The notes under the pieces are model-generated. The model was not told the DNA's origin and ran no database searches. It worked only from the letters and a program-made list of their open reading frames with translations. A stretch of DNA of 64,000 nucleotides from Marsupella aquatica (Eukaryota > Plantae > Marchantiophyta): contig OZ316898.1 of the NCBI GenBank assembly GCA_973895155.1, forward strand, positions 2,788,380 to 2,852,379, given 5' to 3'. The position numbers and the translations under genes are program-made. The stretch's first letter is position 1. Each line of letters begins with the position of its first letter. Below, piece after piece: positions 35,419-47,895 of this stretch.

Positions 35419-38400
35419 AATAGAAAAAACTAAGATTATCACAGTATGCAAGGGCGTCATACAACGTATATGTCATATTTTGATGTGCAATTACCGAGAC
35501 CCCTTGTGTTATCGTTTCGTTCAACGCTGTCGAGTCTCGGACTATCTTTACTAGACTGTTTGATTTTTTACTATTTAGTTAATTCAGAAATTTCCCCCCT
35601 CGCAAGCAATCGGATGGTCAAAAATAGCTGAAGGAGTTGGAATGCGCAGCTAAGATTGATTGATGTTGACGGGGCTACTTAGGAGTTAAATTAAATTAGT
35701 TTTGGGGTAACTTCACCATTTGGACGATTTTACTGAAGCGCTAGACGTGGAACTTTAGATGTCCTCTCAATTTAAAGTAAGGAGTACGAAGGAAATAAGG
35801 TGCTCGAAGCCTTTATGTTCCACATAAATGGGAGCAAAACTTTTCTGACGAGCTTGTTGTATTTTGTCTATCATAAAGATTTCCAAACAGAAGTTCAAAA
35901 GAGTGTTCTGTTGATAACCTTTGTTTTAAGAAACCTGAGGGAAACCAAGCCCAAATCCTTATCCAGGGGTAACAAAAAACTTGGGTTCTACCCTGATCTT
36001 TGCTTATTTGTTTGTATTTTAAAGAAATCATTGAATGGCCTTAATCTCGCTTAATGACCCTACTTCGGACCAGAGTTTGGATGAAGAATAGGCCAAACAC
36101 AAACAATTTATCAACACCGACTTGATTTTGTGATTCAGGTTGTGTGAAAAGGCTACGCAGTGTCTAAGATATTACGCAGTGTCTAAGATATTTTCAAGAG
36201 GCCCTCAGTTACACCAATTACACCTCCAGGTCCATTCCACAACTTTTCTAGTGATGACGTTGCATTACTCATCAGGGTGATGATTACAGTCTTTAGAAAA
36301 AGACTCTAGCCAGCAAAACCACAATGTGTTTGGGAAGGAATCTGGGTTTCCATCTCTCCTTCATGTTAACTAGGAGAAAACAAAAGCAACCTTCATCGTT
36401 CCTCTCAGACCAATCCACCAACATTTGCAAGAATGGGCTGGACCTCGGAAACAGCTGAGACCACATTGGAATTGTTAGGTATCCCAGCTGCCCGACATCT
36501 TTTGGAGTGACAAATGGTGAAGGCATTGCGAGACAAGCTGGAGAAAAGATTAGACAAGGTCATACATATCCAATTATTGCTGATATATAGCATGAACAAT
36601 AGTGGCTAGCCATCTCATTGTCAACGCCATGTGGTAATGCTTACTTATTCTGTGGGCTAGCACCAAGGCAACAATCTCCAAATAGCTGGGCCACTAACAA
36701 AGGAAGATAACACAATTCAACTCAGGTTTAGAATGAGAAATTTAGAGCCAGATCGACTCTGCCATGAGAACTCAGATAACCTAATTTGTATTGGGGCCAT
36801 GGTATTGTGCCGATTGCTGCTCAGTTCAGGGCTCTTGCTTGTAGCATCATCATGTGGGCAGTTGTGGAGGGCAACTACCCATTCCACAAATTGTATATGA
36901 GCCATATTTAAAGTCTATCAACTACAGAATTAGTCTACAACATGATTGCCACAATACTCACCCTGAGGAATTAAGATTCGAGTTTACAAAATGATCAAAA
37001 CAAACTATCCAAGTGAAAATTTTTAACCTGTTGATTTGCCAGAACCTATATAGCTTGAACTGCTTATTCACAAGATTTGATGATGCTCCTTGATCTTTGG
37101 AGAATCTACAGGCTTAGAATGATTAGTTAGCTACTCTTTACAAAAATCCCTTCCTCCATTGGGAGATCGTGGGCCAGTTTCTCTACTCCTACAATACACC
37201 AGCAGAATCTCTGCACTCCACCTTGAAGGAATGGTTAGACACTCTCACCAGTAAGGTATTGGTCCAGCAGGGAGCAGCTTGAGCACGAGCAGGCCATGGG
37301 GCCCAATACTTGAACCCTACCATGCCCAGGTCACAAACCCCAACATTGTGGCCTCCACTTTTGAACTCCGACCATGGAAGTTCTGCGCTCCACAACCTAG
37401 CGGGACACAGCTTGCCAAGACCGATCGACGGCTGCAGTCAGCGGCATCTGTTTTGATTGGACATCTCTGCAGTGGAAAGAGTGCATAGAGGCTAAACACT
37501 TGACCTCCTCTAGGCCTTTGGTGTATGATGAAAGGTGGGACTAGTTGGGCCACATGTAGGACCCAGCTTGAACAAACAGCCCAATGGTATGGCTGTTTGG
37601 CAAGGGCGGGTGAGGTTGCTTTTATGGCCTGGTCCTGTTCCCATAAGAGCTTCTATGCAATAAGGGTCTTGTGGAGGTTCCCACTAAGTAACACATTTGC
37701 CTCCAGGCTCCCTCAAAGCATACTTCTCTAAATTTTTCAAGGTAAAAGTAGCAGCTATAAGCTCTGGTGGGATCTCAATCTCAGACTTTGTCACAAATAG
37801 GATTCTTAAGCTTGCATGAGTTCTACTCTAATATGCATTTCTACCTGGGTTTGATACAAGGAAGATATTTGAGATCACATTCCAGTTCATAGGTGTGGAA
37901 GGAGATCCCATCCGAGTTGACTCAAAGTAAAAAAGAAAAGAGTCTACTCAGAAAGATTCCCAAGAACAAAACGATTCCAAAGATACCCAGCGAAAACACG
38001 AGGGCGAGAGGTTCTAGGTTTCTGGGGTTTTCATTTGCCCTTTCTTTTGAGTCTCCTATTTGTCTTATTTGGACCTCTTTCGCTTTTTCTCCATTGTACT
38101 TTATGCTGGCACCTTTTCAATAAATTGGTTTTTTTCCCCTCCTAGAGGACAGGTGAAAAGATATCGAGTCCGGCCCCTCTTTCCTTCCTATCCGTGGGCC
38201 CCGCACAAAGATATCCCAACAGACGAAGTGTGGCCCCTGGTCGTTCCCTTCCCTCTGTGGACCCCATGGAAAGAAATCCCGTCCCGTAAAATGCCATCTT
38301 CGCTCCAAACGGAAGGCCGTCGATCGTCGGACTCACCAGCCAGCCAGCCAGCACGATTCCGGAATTAGCAGCAAGTCTGATCCTAAAGCAAGCGCGATTA

Positions 38401-39826
38401 ACTGGCCAAAGTACGGTCACTACGGTAATTAGATTCCGTAAGCTACACTTGTAACACAAAGGTGCGCCCACTGGAGTCCGCACTGGATGGGGCGCTTTTC
38501 CCTGCAGCGCTGCACGCGGATTGGCTGCCATCCTTCAGCACCGTCCGGACCGGGCTGATGTGGCGCAAGCTGGCCCTTGCCAGGCGTGGCACTAGTAACG
38601 AGCGTCCGATCGCCGACATCGACGTCCACAGGGCCGCTTTAGGAGAGAGCCTCCACTCCCCGTCTTTCCCTCCCGTAGTTCCGTGTTTCTCTGTCAAGGC
38701 CTTGCTTGCTGCTTCTCCGCTTGATGGTTGCCTTTCTGAGTTTCTGCCCTGTGGCAGAGGGCTCTCTCTCAATTGGAAGATATCTTTGGTTTTTTTGCGC
38801 GTCTCCCTTCTCCTCGCGGAAAGGCAAATGAGGCCTGGTGGTGGGGATGGGAGTGGGGATGGGGGTGGGGGCTGACGAGCCCTCTTCGTTCCAAGAGGCT
38901 ATAATGGGGTGTGGTGGTGGGGCAAGGGCTGACGAGCCACCTTAGTTCCCAGAGGCTAATGGGTGTGGTGGTGGGGGCTTGCTAGAGGCCAATCTGAAAA
39001 TGAGAATGGTGGTGGGGGACTGGGCAGTGTGTCTTTTTGATGTGATGCCAAACAGGGTGACGAGTGCTTACGACTGTGGGAGGTAGCTAGGAGTGAAAAG
39101 TGTTCCACACATCTAATTTGTACCGGTAGATCATTTTAGATTTAAGGAGTGTCGTTCGATCAGATAACGAAGCTCAGAGTGGAATAAGGAAAGTGACAAA
39201 CCCCAAACCCCAAAACGTGCATTTTTCCTCAGATATAATCTGCATCAACGCGATTTGAAGAGCACGGTTGGATCTGGCAACCAGGGTTTAGGAAGCATGA
39301 GAAAGACAAGATTTGGTCCAAAAAATTGTTTATTCCCTTTGTATAGGAAGCCACTCCAGATCTTGAGTAAAGATTCGACAAAAATTAGCCAATTAAAAAA
39401 GCAGTGCTAGTGGCCTCGCCAGCAGTGGATGATTGGATTGGGCACACACTCAGAGACACAGAGAGAGGGAGAGAGAGAGACAGACTGGTGAGAGCAGGAT
39501 CCGACAGAGGGGCAAAGATTTGTTTTGTTCTACTCTGCACTTGTAGTCCTATAGTCCGAAGGTGTGGCTAAGAACCTGGAACCGGTGGACTTGCTGCAGA
39601 CGACTGCTTCCAGCCTAGACTTCCCTACCATAGTCTAGAAAGGACTAGGGCAAATCTATCTAATCTAACAATATAATACATATATGCGAACGTATTCTTC
39701 AAGACGTACTCTGGAGTGACTCTTGGGGTGTAACTAAAGTTGGGGGATGTGGGTTAAAAACTATGATTTGGGCAGGGTGAGTCTATGAAAATGTCTCACT
39801 GGAAACACATTAACCCCAAATCAATG

Positions 39827-40060
39827 GGCAACTGCCTTATATGTCCTTGTCTCCATTCATGCTCAAAGAACCGGCAGTCAGGCTGGTTGATTATTTATCT
39901 CGTGAAGGGAGACGCACAACAAGGGACTTCAATATATAGTCAAGCCTTGGCAACTGTCTTAAAAATCCTCATCTCTATATATGCTCAAAGAACAGGCAAT
40001 CAAGCTGGTTAATTATTTATCTCATGAACGTTGACGGATGATAAGGGACTTCGATCTTGA
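39827..40060. repeat. Diverged ~122-bp direct repeat x2
   Basis: ggcaactg..tt...atgctcaaagaac.ggca.tca.gctggtt.attatttatctc.tgaa...aagggacttc starting at ~39827 and ~39949. Confidence 0.8.
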
Positions 40061-40114
40061 GTGAAGCCTCTAGACCAAACTCTCCGGCACAGGTGGAACT
40101 GAAAGAGGCACTGA

Positions 40115-40446
40115 TACTCATCATATATATGGGAGCAAAGGTATGTGGAACTGAAACAGGCCCACTCTGGTACTCACCCATATATATGGGAGCAAAGGTA
40201 TGTGGATCCAAAACAGGCTCGCTCTGGTACTCACCATATATTTGGGGAGGTATTTGTTTGATCGACCCCCAAAATGAAATTTGTTACTTGATCAACCCCC
40301 TGAGGTCTATGAACGGCTCAGATCTGAGATCGAAAGGTCCATCAATGATCCAGATTGGGGAAAAGTATGGAGTGGTTGATTAAGCAAACTTTTTCCTGAA
40401 GGGGGTCTACTAAACATATCCCTCTATATTTGGGAGCAAAGGTATG
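40115..40446. repeat. 55-bp tandem repeat (~2.5 units), third unit interrupted by a MITE
   Basis: tactca..catatatatgggagcaaaggtatgtgga..aaacaggc.c.ctctgg units at ~40115 and 40171. The third unit starts at 40228 and resumes at 40425. Confidence 0.8.
40247..40424. mobile_element. Mutator-like (MULE) MITE, 178 bp, 10-bp TSD
   Basis: TSD tatatttggg at 40237-40246 and 40425-40434. Long imperfect TIRs (gaggtatttgttt...gaccccc / gggggtc...aaacatatccctc). Confidence 0.8.
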
Positions 40447-40499
40447 ACACTGGGGCTACCTGAGCAAAGATAGTAGTAATAATAATAATAATAATAATA

Positions 40500-40925
40500 G
40501 TAGGGAGAGCAGTAAGTGGTGGTACTCCTCGTGCCCAAGGAGTGCGTGTGGGCTCGGGTGCAAGTTGCCAAGCGAGCGAGAGAGCGAGGGAGCGAGGGAG
40601 ATGTGCAGTTGGTTGCTTGTTGGCAAAAGGCAGGGAGGCAGGGAGGCAGGGCGGATTTAGAAGTCTTGGTTGCTTGCTTGGCGGCTTGGTGTGGCTTGCT
40701 GCCTGCCTGCTTGGAGGCTGCTTCGGAGTCTGCTTGGGTGGCCTCGCCTGGTGGAGGATGTGGCTCGAGAGGAGACGAGGAGCGACACGGATCGTAGACG
40801 AGGAGCGACACGGATCGTAGTGGTGGCTATCTGCTAGCTCATTCACTTGTTAGGATTGTTAGGATTGTTAGGATCGTGCCCTGCTCTCCTTGGCTGCGTT
40901 GCAGTTTACAGGTCTCGGCAGCTCG

Positions 40926-40963
<38 letters not shown>

Positions 40964-42598
40964 GAGAATCTGTGGGTTATAGGGGAGGGCGAGGAGGATT
41001 ATTGTGTCATTCACTCTGTTGGGGAAATCCTGGTTGAGTCGTTGTGGGAGCGTTCGTTGGCTCGGTCGTGCAAGGCATCCTTTTGCGGCGCCGTGGTGGT
41101 GGTGGTAGTGGTGTTGGGGCCTTTGATTGTGTCGATTTTGACTTCTATGCCGGTATGTGTTTACTCTTTCTGCCTTCATCAATCTGTTTCTCTCATCTCT
41201 CGGGCTCTGTGTCTGCTTATTTCACCTAGTGATTGAGGGAGGAGAGAGTTGTAGAAGAAAGCGCTCGTAGCACGGCAAGTGTATATTGCGTCTGTGGCGC
41301 ATGTCTCGCCGTGAGTTTGTGTGGCTGGCTTCGTTTCTGCCATGATGGCTGTGGGTGGGTGGCCATCTCTGCCTTTGAGCCGGCTACAGATTGAAGGACT
41401 GAGAGGAAAGACTAGAGACGAGGGAGGCAAGTAAAGGAATGGTGTGAGAGAGATTGGAGGAGACAGATTGGAGGAGAGAGATTGTAATTGAATAGCGGCG
41501 GAGAGATCATGATGCATTTTGTGGAATGGTACATCGACGCCTGGGCTCGCTGGTGGGGCAAACGGGAATGCACTAGACGGGAAGCAGTAAACGACGGTGG
41601 ATCTGTGAAATGTGCAGGTGTTGAGAGCATCAGCAGAGAGCGGCTGACAGACTGATAGACAGGGGTTAAGGATTGAGTTTTTTCTTAGCGGAGCTGCATA
41701 GTCTCTTCTCTCTGTGGGTCTCTTGTACACGATGAGGATGTTGAATCTCCGAGTCATTCGTCTTGGGACTTTCTGGTTTATGGTTCTCTAGTTGTTGTGT
41801 CTCACACCCCTCACACCATTCATTACATCATTCTCTCGTTAGATGGTTGGTTGATTTGTTGGATTTTGTGTACAATTCGCCCTTCATCGTCTTGGGGAAG
41901 ATTGGGTGTGATAATTGTGTCGTGACTATCTGACCCATCTCTCGCTCCCTCTCTTCTCAGTCTCAAGTCTACAGTTTGTCCCTACATATCGACAAGAAGA
42001 GGTCTTCATGTTCCACCACCCTCGTCCTCGTTCTGCCTTGCTCACCGGTGCTCTGATCTGGCCTTCTTCAAAAAGCCTCAACGAAGGCGCTGGATCTGTG
42101 AATGAAATGCCGGGTTCTCCATTTTCGTGCTGGTGTTATGTTGTTGTTGAGCCCGTGGGCATCCTGACGACCAGCAGACTGTTCAACCCAATCTTTGCCG
42201 AGAGATAACATAGAGCGAATGCAGGGCACGACTAGGTATGCACACACGCCTCTGCACTTTCGTGCTACTTGTGTTGCTCCTCGTGCTGCTACTGTAGGCT
42301 GCTCTATCCTTCTTCGTACTTACTTTCCCATACTACTTTACTCCCGAGTTGAGAAGGAAGGCAATTACTCCAGCTTCCTTCCTTTCCTGCAAGCAAGCCA
42401 CTGAACGTTGCCATCTCCTCCCCATGTGTTGCCTTGCAATGGGATTGATGCCTTTTCTAACATTCAGGGATTGGGTATGTTGAGTGTGGACAACAAACAA
42501 AAGAAGGAGCTTTGATTGGTCTGACGAGCCGTGGGTTTGCCTTCTTGCGATGGCACAGGTCAGTAGAAGCTGTGGAAGGCGTTGCTGTAGCGAAGGCC
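40500..42598 (+). promoter_or_regulatory. Putative ~2 kb 5' leader of the bZIP gene (with leader introns, (GA)n and uORFs)
   Basis: (AAT)n 40477-40499; (GA)n ~40930-40958; donor-like CG|GTATGT at 41153; acceptor-like ttcag at ~42466; uORFs at 41301, 41342 and 41509. Confidence 0.45.
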
Positions 42599-45500
42599 AT
42601 GGCTTCAGGCGGAACCGTGTCACCCTCTGCGAGCGCTGGCGGCAAGTCGTCCGTCGTGGTCAACACCGGAGGAGGTGGCCGGTCTAACAAAAGGAAAGGC
42701 TTACCCGGTGGGCATTCCAGCATTCGCAGCACCCTCGTCCAGAAGAAGAAACTGTGCAGCGGCAGTAGCAGCGCAAATGTGATGGCCAGAGTTGCCGAAG
42801 CTGTTGTACTCAAGGGCAGCAGTGTCAGCGGTGGCGGACTATTTGCAACGGAAAAGAAAGAAAGGATTGACGAGACCATCGAGGGAGATCCTTTGTTGGA
42901 GGATGCGGCGATAACCCTCACGGAATTCTTCCTCCATGCCCATAAGCCTGTCCGCTCGCCCAGTAGTAGCCATCAATCCATCATCCCTGCTCTTCCGCAC
43001 TGGAAAAAGACAAAGCTGAGATCGGGCAGGACTAAACGGCTTGAGAGCTCGAGCAATGAAGACTTTCACCTCGTTATTGCCACGGACAGCAGTAATCCAT
43101 CCCCGCTTCCTCTTGAGAAGAAGCAGTCGCCACAGCAGCAAGTTTCCGAATGCTCTTGCTCTCCGGGTGGAGATTCTCAGTCCGTGATCACCCTCGTGAA
43201 GGTGGAGGATGACCCCCTCTGCAGCATTACCTGTGTGGAAGGGGAGGAACAGGTCGAGCAGAAGAAGGTTGAGTTAGTGGTGGAGAAGCTGGAAGAGAAG
43301 AATACCCACAGGTTTCCGAGTGACCCCGACAGGCTCCCCAAGCTGGCCTCGATGTCCAGCATCGAATCCCTCCTGCCAGATTCTCGTGCGGAAAGCCCCA
43401 TCTCGCCCCTTCCTGCTGTGCTGCGCACCGGCGAGTTCGCTTCCATCCTGCCCAAACTCGAGGGCGACAGCCCCATAGGACGGTCCGCTTTTCAGCGAAT
43501 TGCACCCGTTCGGCCTGTCAAGAAACCGGCCCCGAGTCGCAAACTGAAGGTGAGAATTCATTCCATTCCCCGGTGCTCATCACGCGGAGGTGGAGAATCA
43601 TTACTTGCTTGACTTAAGCGAGATTCCGAGGAGCTCTGAATCTTCGTGTTCTATCCCGACATGTCTCCTTGAAATGCGCAAGATTCACTGATTGAGTTGA
43701 GGTTGTCTGTTCCTCCGTAACAGGTTGAAGAGAAAACTTTCGAGGATCTGAATCTCGAGCAAGCGGCGGTGAAGCATGTGTCGAGGAAAAAGCCGAGGCC
43801 CACTGGATTTTTGCCGCAGCTGCAACAGCAGCAGCAGGAGCAATTACAACAACAGCAACCGCCACAACAACTAGCGTGTGTGAAGATAGAGGAAGGTGAT
43901 GTCTGTGCTCTGGCCCTCGGCCCGCCTCGTCTCTCAGCGGCAGAGGAAGCTGAGGTGAAGAGAATTGGGGAGACGAGTAGCATTGCCCCTCCCCCTGCCG
44001 TGGCGGTGGACGAGCAGACGATGGAATTGGACTTAGCTCTTGTCAAGGTGGAAACCAAGCCGCTTGGAAAGCTTGGACAACGCGGCGGTATCAAAGTCAA
44101 GCCTGCTCTCAGTGAGGTAAGTCAAGATTTCCTGTTCTATTAAATCTCCCCTTTCCTTTGTTTGCTTGACGGCATGTCAATCACAAGTGAAGTGGGAGAC
44201 CTAGCTGTGTTCGCAGCCCTTCCTTTCCTTCCGTTTTGGCTTGGCTTCACGTTCGGGAGGCAATGTTGGGCTCTAATGTTGGACCTGTCTACAGAGTGAG
44301 AAGGAGGCACGCAAACTGCGCAGAGTGCAAGCCAACCGCGAGTCAGCCAGGCTAACCATTCGGAAAAAGCAGGTATGAGGGTCCTTCGGCATTCTGCCCA
44401 TGACATGTTTGTTGTGTCGTTTGCCGTAGAAAGTGCGGGTTGTCACAGGTGGAAATTGAACGACTCCACTTGGTGAGTTGTATTAGGCAGGGTGCTGCAA
44501 TCCTGTGCTCTCGTTCCATCGTATTTCGCTCGCACTCGTACGATTTCCATTTACTGTACCCAGCTTTGGATCTTTGAACTCTCTTGTTGACCGCTACACG
44601 TTTTTGGTTGTTCAGGTGCTTTGCGAGGAGCTCACTAGAAAGGCAGATTTTCTATCAGCTGAAAACGCCATATTCAGAGAGGTTAGTTGGTTGATGTGTG
44701 ATTATTGTTTTTCCCCAGTAAGAAGCAAAGGCGTTTGCTGCTGTCAGGATCTATAATAGCTGTAGTCTGCAGAGACTGAAAGCTCAGTGCTATACCTTGG
44801 TCTGTCTCAGGAGGTGGCGCGAATCCGCGAAAAGAATAAGAGCATGAGTGAAGCGAATGCCAACCTATCAGAGCAGGTAAACGAGGTTCCATGACCAGCC
44901 TTCACTGGCACCTCTAATGGCTACTACGGAAAACACGTACTTGGGATATTCTTGTCTCGGCTTCAGACATTTCCAGCGGTTATTCACCTTGTTTTTTGGT
45001 TGTTGTTGTAGGTGGCAAAAGCTAATGGAAAGCATGAGCCAGAGTCTTCTTCACCTCCAACTTCATCGATGGAGAAGCCACCTGATGGTATGGTTCGTTA
45101 CCAGTTTCCTCAGTTTGGAGGGATGCCTCCATCGTATATGTGGGCCTTTGCTGCTCTTGCTCAAGCTCAAGCTCAAGCTGCTCATGCAGCAGGAGTACAA
45201 ACTGGTGAGATCAATTTGGGTTCGCCAGATTACACAGCTCTAATTGCAGCCACAGCAGCTTGTGGAAATAGTCCCCACGCTGGATATTGGAGCTTGGCCA
45301 GCAGCAGCAGTCAAGGACAGGCACAGTTGTTTCCTCCCTTTTACCGAGGGCCCATGCCTGGGGCACCCGTGGCGAGCACCTTGCCTTCATCTAGTGGCGC
45401 ACCTGGTACCGTCTCTGCAATAACACGTTCCGTGTCTTTGCCAGTGGTACCAACAGATGGTTGCCCCTCACTTGCTGCGTCAGAGAGATCTATTCCCTCC

Positions 45501-45980
45501 GGAAAGCCTGTAGCAAGTTACCGGTCAGGAGATTTTGCAGACTCTGTTCATCTCTCTCCTGACCTGAAGAGAAGTGCAACGAAACAAGATAGGGCTCACT
45601 TAGGAACTGGGTTCAGTGGCAGAACACACTACTTTCAAATGCCTTCGGGATCCAACCCTGGAACGGCTGTCAACGGGCTGGGTACGATGGCAGCACGAAA
45701 AGCCGGAGAAGGGAGCTGTCTCCCCATGCCAAATACCTCAGTTCAGCTACTTGGTCGCTCCCGTAGCCTTTCTACTCCACATACTCCAAAGCTCCATTCA
45801 AGGTACCCAATGTTTGGGTCCGGAGGAATGCCTATGACCCTAGAGCAGCCGTTAGCAAGGGAATCAGAAGCACGAAGGAAAAATGCTGCAGCCACAGAAG
45901 CTCGGCGGAAGCGGATAGAGTTAACACGAACAAAGCATCTTTTGAAAGCTCGAGTTGCAGAGCCCTCCTCTGCCCAATAG
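42599..45980 (+). CDS. bZIP transcription factor, AtbZIP62/group-J-like, ~840 aa, 6 coding exons
   Basis: Exons 42599-43549, 43724-44116, 44295-44372, 44616-44681, 44811-44876 and 45012-45980 (2523 nt, all phase 0, GT-AG). Basic region EKEARKLRRVQANRESARLTIRKKQ, zipper LCEELTRKADFLSAEN...NANLSEQV, and family motifs EDAAITL, PHWKKTKLRS and C-terminal AATEARRKRIELTRTK. The start ATG is inferred. Confidence 0.9.
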
Positions 45981-46816
45981 GATTCGACTTAGCACTTTTC
46001 ATGTATGTAATAGTACTGGGTGGTTTGGTCATCTCTGAAATTGATATTGTAGTTCTCTATTGTAGTGTAGTGAGAGATTAGATTTGGTAGTGGTGTTTGC
46101 CAAGAGAAGAGCACGTCGTGAGCACTGTCGACATATCCATGTCCTAGAGGCTCCTCAAATTAGACGACTTTAAAAGAGAAGGTGATGTGGGAACGTTGGT
46201 CCCAGGCTCTTATTGTGAGACGAGACCTGGGGTTATACCCAGATAAGAGGTATCACATCACCGGTTGCACTTCGTAGCAACTTTGGTATGAGATAGATGC
46301 AGCTGCAGAGAAGGTTTTTTAGTGGATTCCCAGTATGGTCCAGGTTGAGTAGGTATAGGATCTGGATCCACTTTCAGCTCGAAGTATCTCTGGCAGACGG
46401 TATTTTTACACAATTCTTTGCTGGGATATTGTCCCGGGGCATTGTTCTATTGTACATTCAATTGTTCATATTATGATTCTGATTCATTATGTCCTCAGAG
46501 CTGCCGCGTAACCTTGCGATGTTCATTAGTTCAATCTAAATCTGGGCTTTGTCCATGTATTCATTGGTCGTTTAATGAACGAAGTTTGAGTCTAAGTATG
46601 GGGTTTTATTATGAAACGCTTGTGACAGTCGAAGCTTTTGGCTTTTGGTTCGATGATTTTGACTAGGCGAAGAGATCCGAGGAAAGCTTGGCTTACCGCA
46701 TGTTGTGATTTCAATTGAATTGAAAAATGATCATTATAAAACCCCGAGCATCCGATAAATGTGCCATGCTTGATGGACGGGTACTTATTCTTAAACCACA
46801 CCTGCCACTATACATC

Positions 46817-47025
46817 TTAAACCACACCTGCCACTATAAAAGCCTTATTCCATGTCTCACTAGTCACCACAAAAGGTGAAACATTAGCAAGTTTTGTGGA
46901 ATACTTGCCAAAAAAAGTTTTGCAGTCACCTTTTGTGGAGCTCAAAGTCCATTTTTAAACTTCTACTCCTTAGTATGAGAGCTAAAAGTTACCCCTAACC
47001 CTTTATAGGGGCAGGTGTGGTTTAA
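46817..47025. mobile_element. MITE with 24-bp TIRs beginning and ending in TTAA
   Basis: ttaaaccacacctgccactataaa (46817-46840) vs tttataggggcaggtgtggtttaa (47002-47025), 1 mismatch. The left end is duplicated (46791-46816) and the right end lies within a ~134-bp duplication extending to 47207. Confidence 0.75.
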
Positions 47026-47534
47026 CACAAATGTTTTTGTAAAAGACCTTCCGAGTCTTATACATTTGTATGCGCTCAAAACCCATTTCTGAACTTCTAC
47101 TCCTTAGAATGAGAGCTACGAGTTACCCGTAACCCTTTATAGGGGCAGGTGTGGTTTAACACAAATGTTTTTGTAAAAGACCATCCGAGTCTTATACATT
47201 TGTATGCTACTCTGGATGAAGCCTGACAATTTTCGAAGTTGGAATTAGTGAAGTATCTTGCATTTTGTACCCTCATACATATCTAATTTCTGCTTAAACA
47301 AGAATAGCAATACAAGGGACTAAATATTTCGCCAATTCCAAGCAGGCAAATTCTTTGATTTCTGAAACAGCTTCTCCAATTGTCTCGAGGATGTGCTTTG
47401 ATGGGTGACAAATAACCTATTCCACTTCCCCATTTTTTTTGGTTTTGCCTCAGATTAAAATTCCACTTCCCCATTATTTGCAAGGGTGACCTTAGTGTAC
47501 TCATGTCATAGATATAGTTTGCTGCCAGGGGGTG

Positions 47535-47895
47535 GTTCTCTTTGCTTCATGGTAACTGTACATCAAAATGTGACAATATCTTGTGTGTTATATCCATATC
47601 ATGACAACCTCAATTATTTTCTTTAAATCACTGATTGTTATTCTAAATACATATGTTCTCTTTGCTTCATGGTAATTGTACATCAAATGTGACAATATCT
47701 TGTGTGTTATATCCATACCATGACAACCTCAATTATTTTCCTTAAATCACTGATTGTTATTCTAAATACATATGTTCTCTTTGCTTCATGGTAATTGTAC
47801 ATCAAAATGTGACAATATCTTGTGTGTTATATCCATACCATGACAAACTCAATTATTTTCTTTAAATCACTGATTGTTATTCTAAATACATATGT
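47535..47895. repeat. ~120-bp tandem repeat x3, near identical
   Basis: gttctctttgcttcatggtaa...ttattctaaatacatat units at 47535, 47655 and 47774. Confidence 0.95.

Noticed and set aside
36200-37850. Possible highly decayed L1 LINE on the minus strand
   Set aside because: Only faint endonuclease- and RT-like words, not enough to call.
39655-40476. Possible Helitron (A|TCTATCTAATC start, internal repeats)
   Set aside because: No convincing 3' hairpin plus CTRR end was found.
46180-46195. USE-like TCCCACATC on the minus strand (snRNA promoter)
   Set aside because: No TATA at the required spacing and no snRNA sequence; it lies in the bZIP 3' region.
47535-47895. Regular repeats as a CRISPR-like array
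   Set aside because: Head-to-tail ~120-bp units with no unique spacers and no cas genes, in a eukaryotic context.
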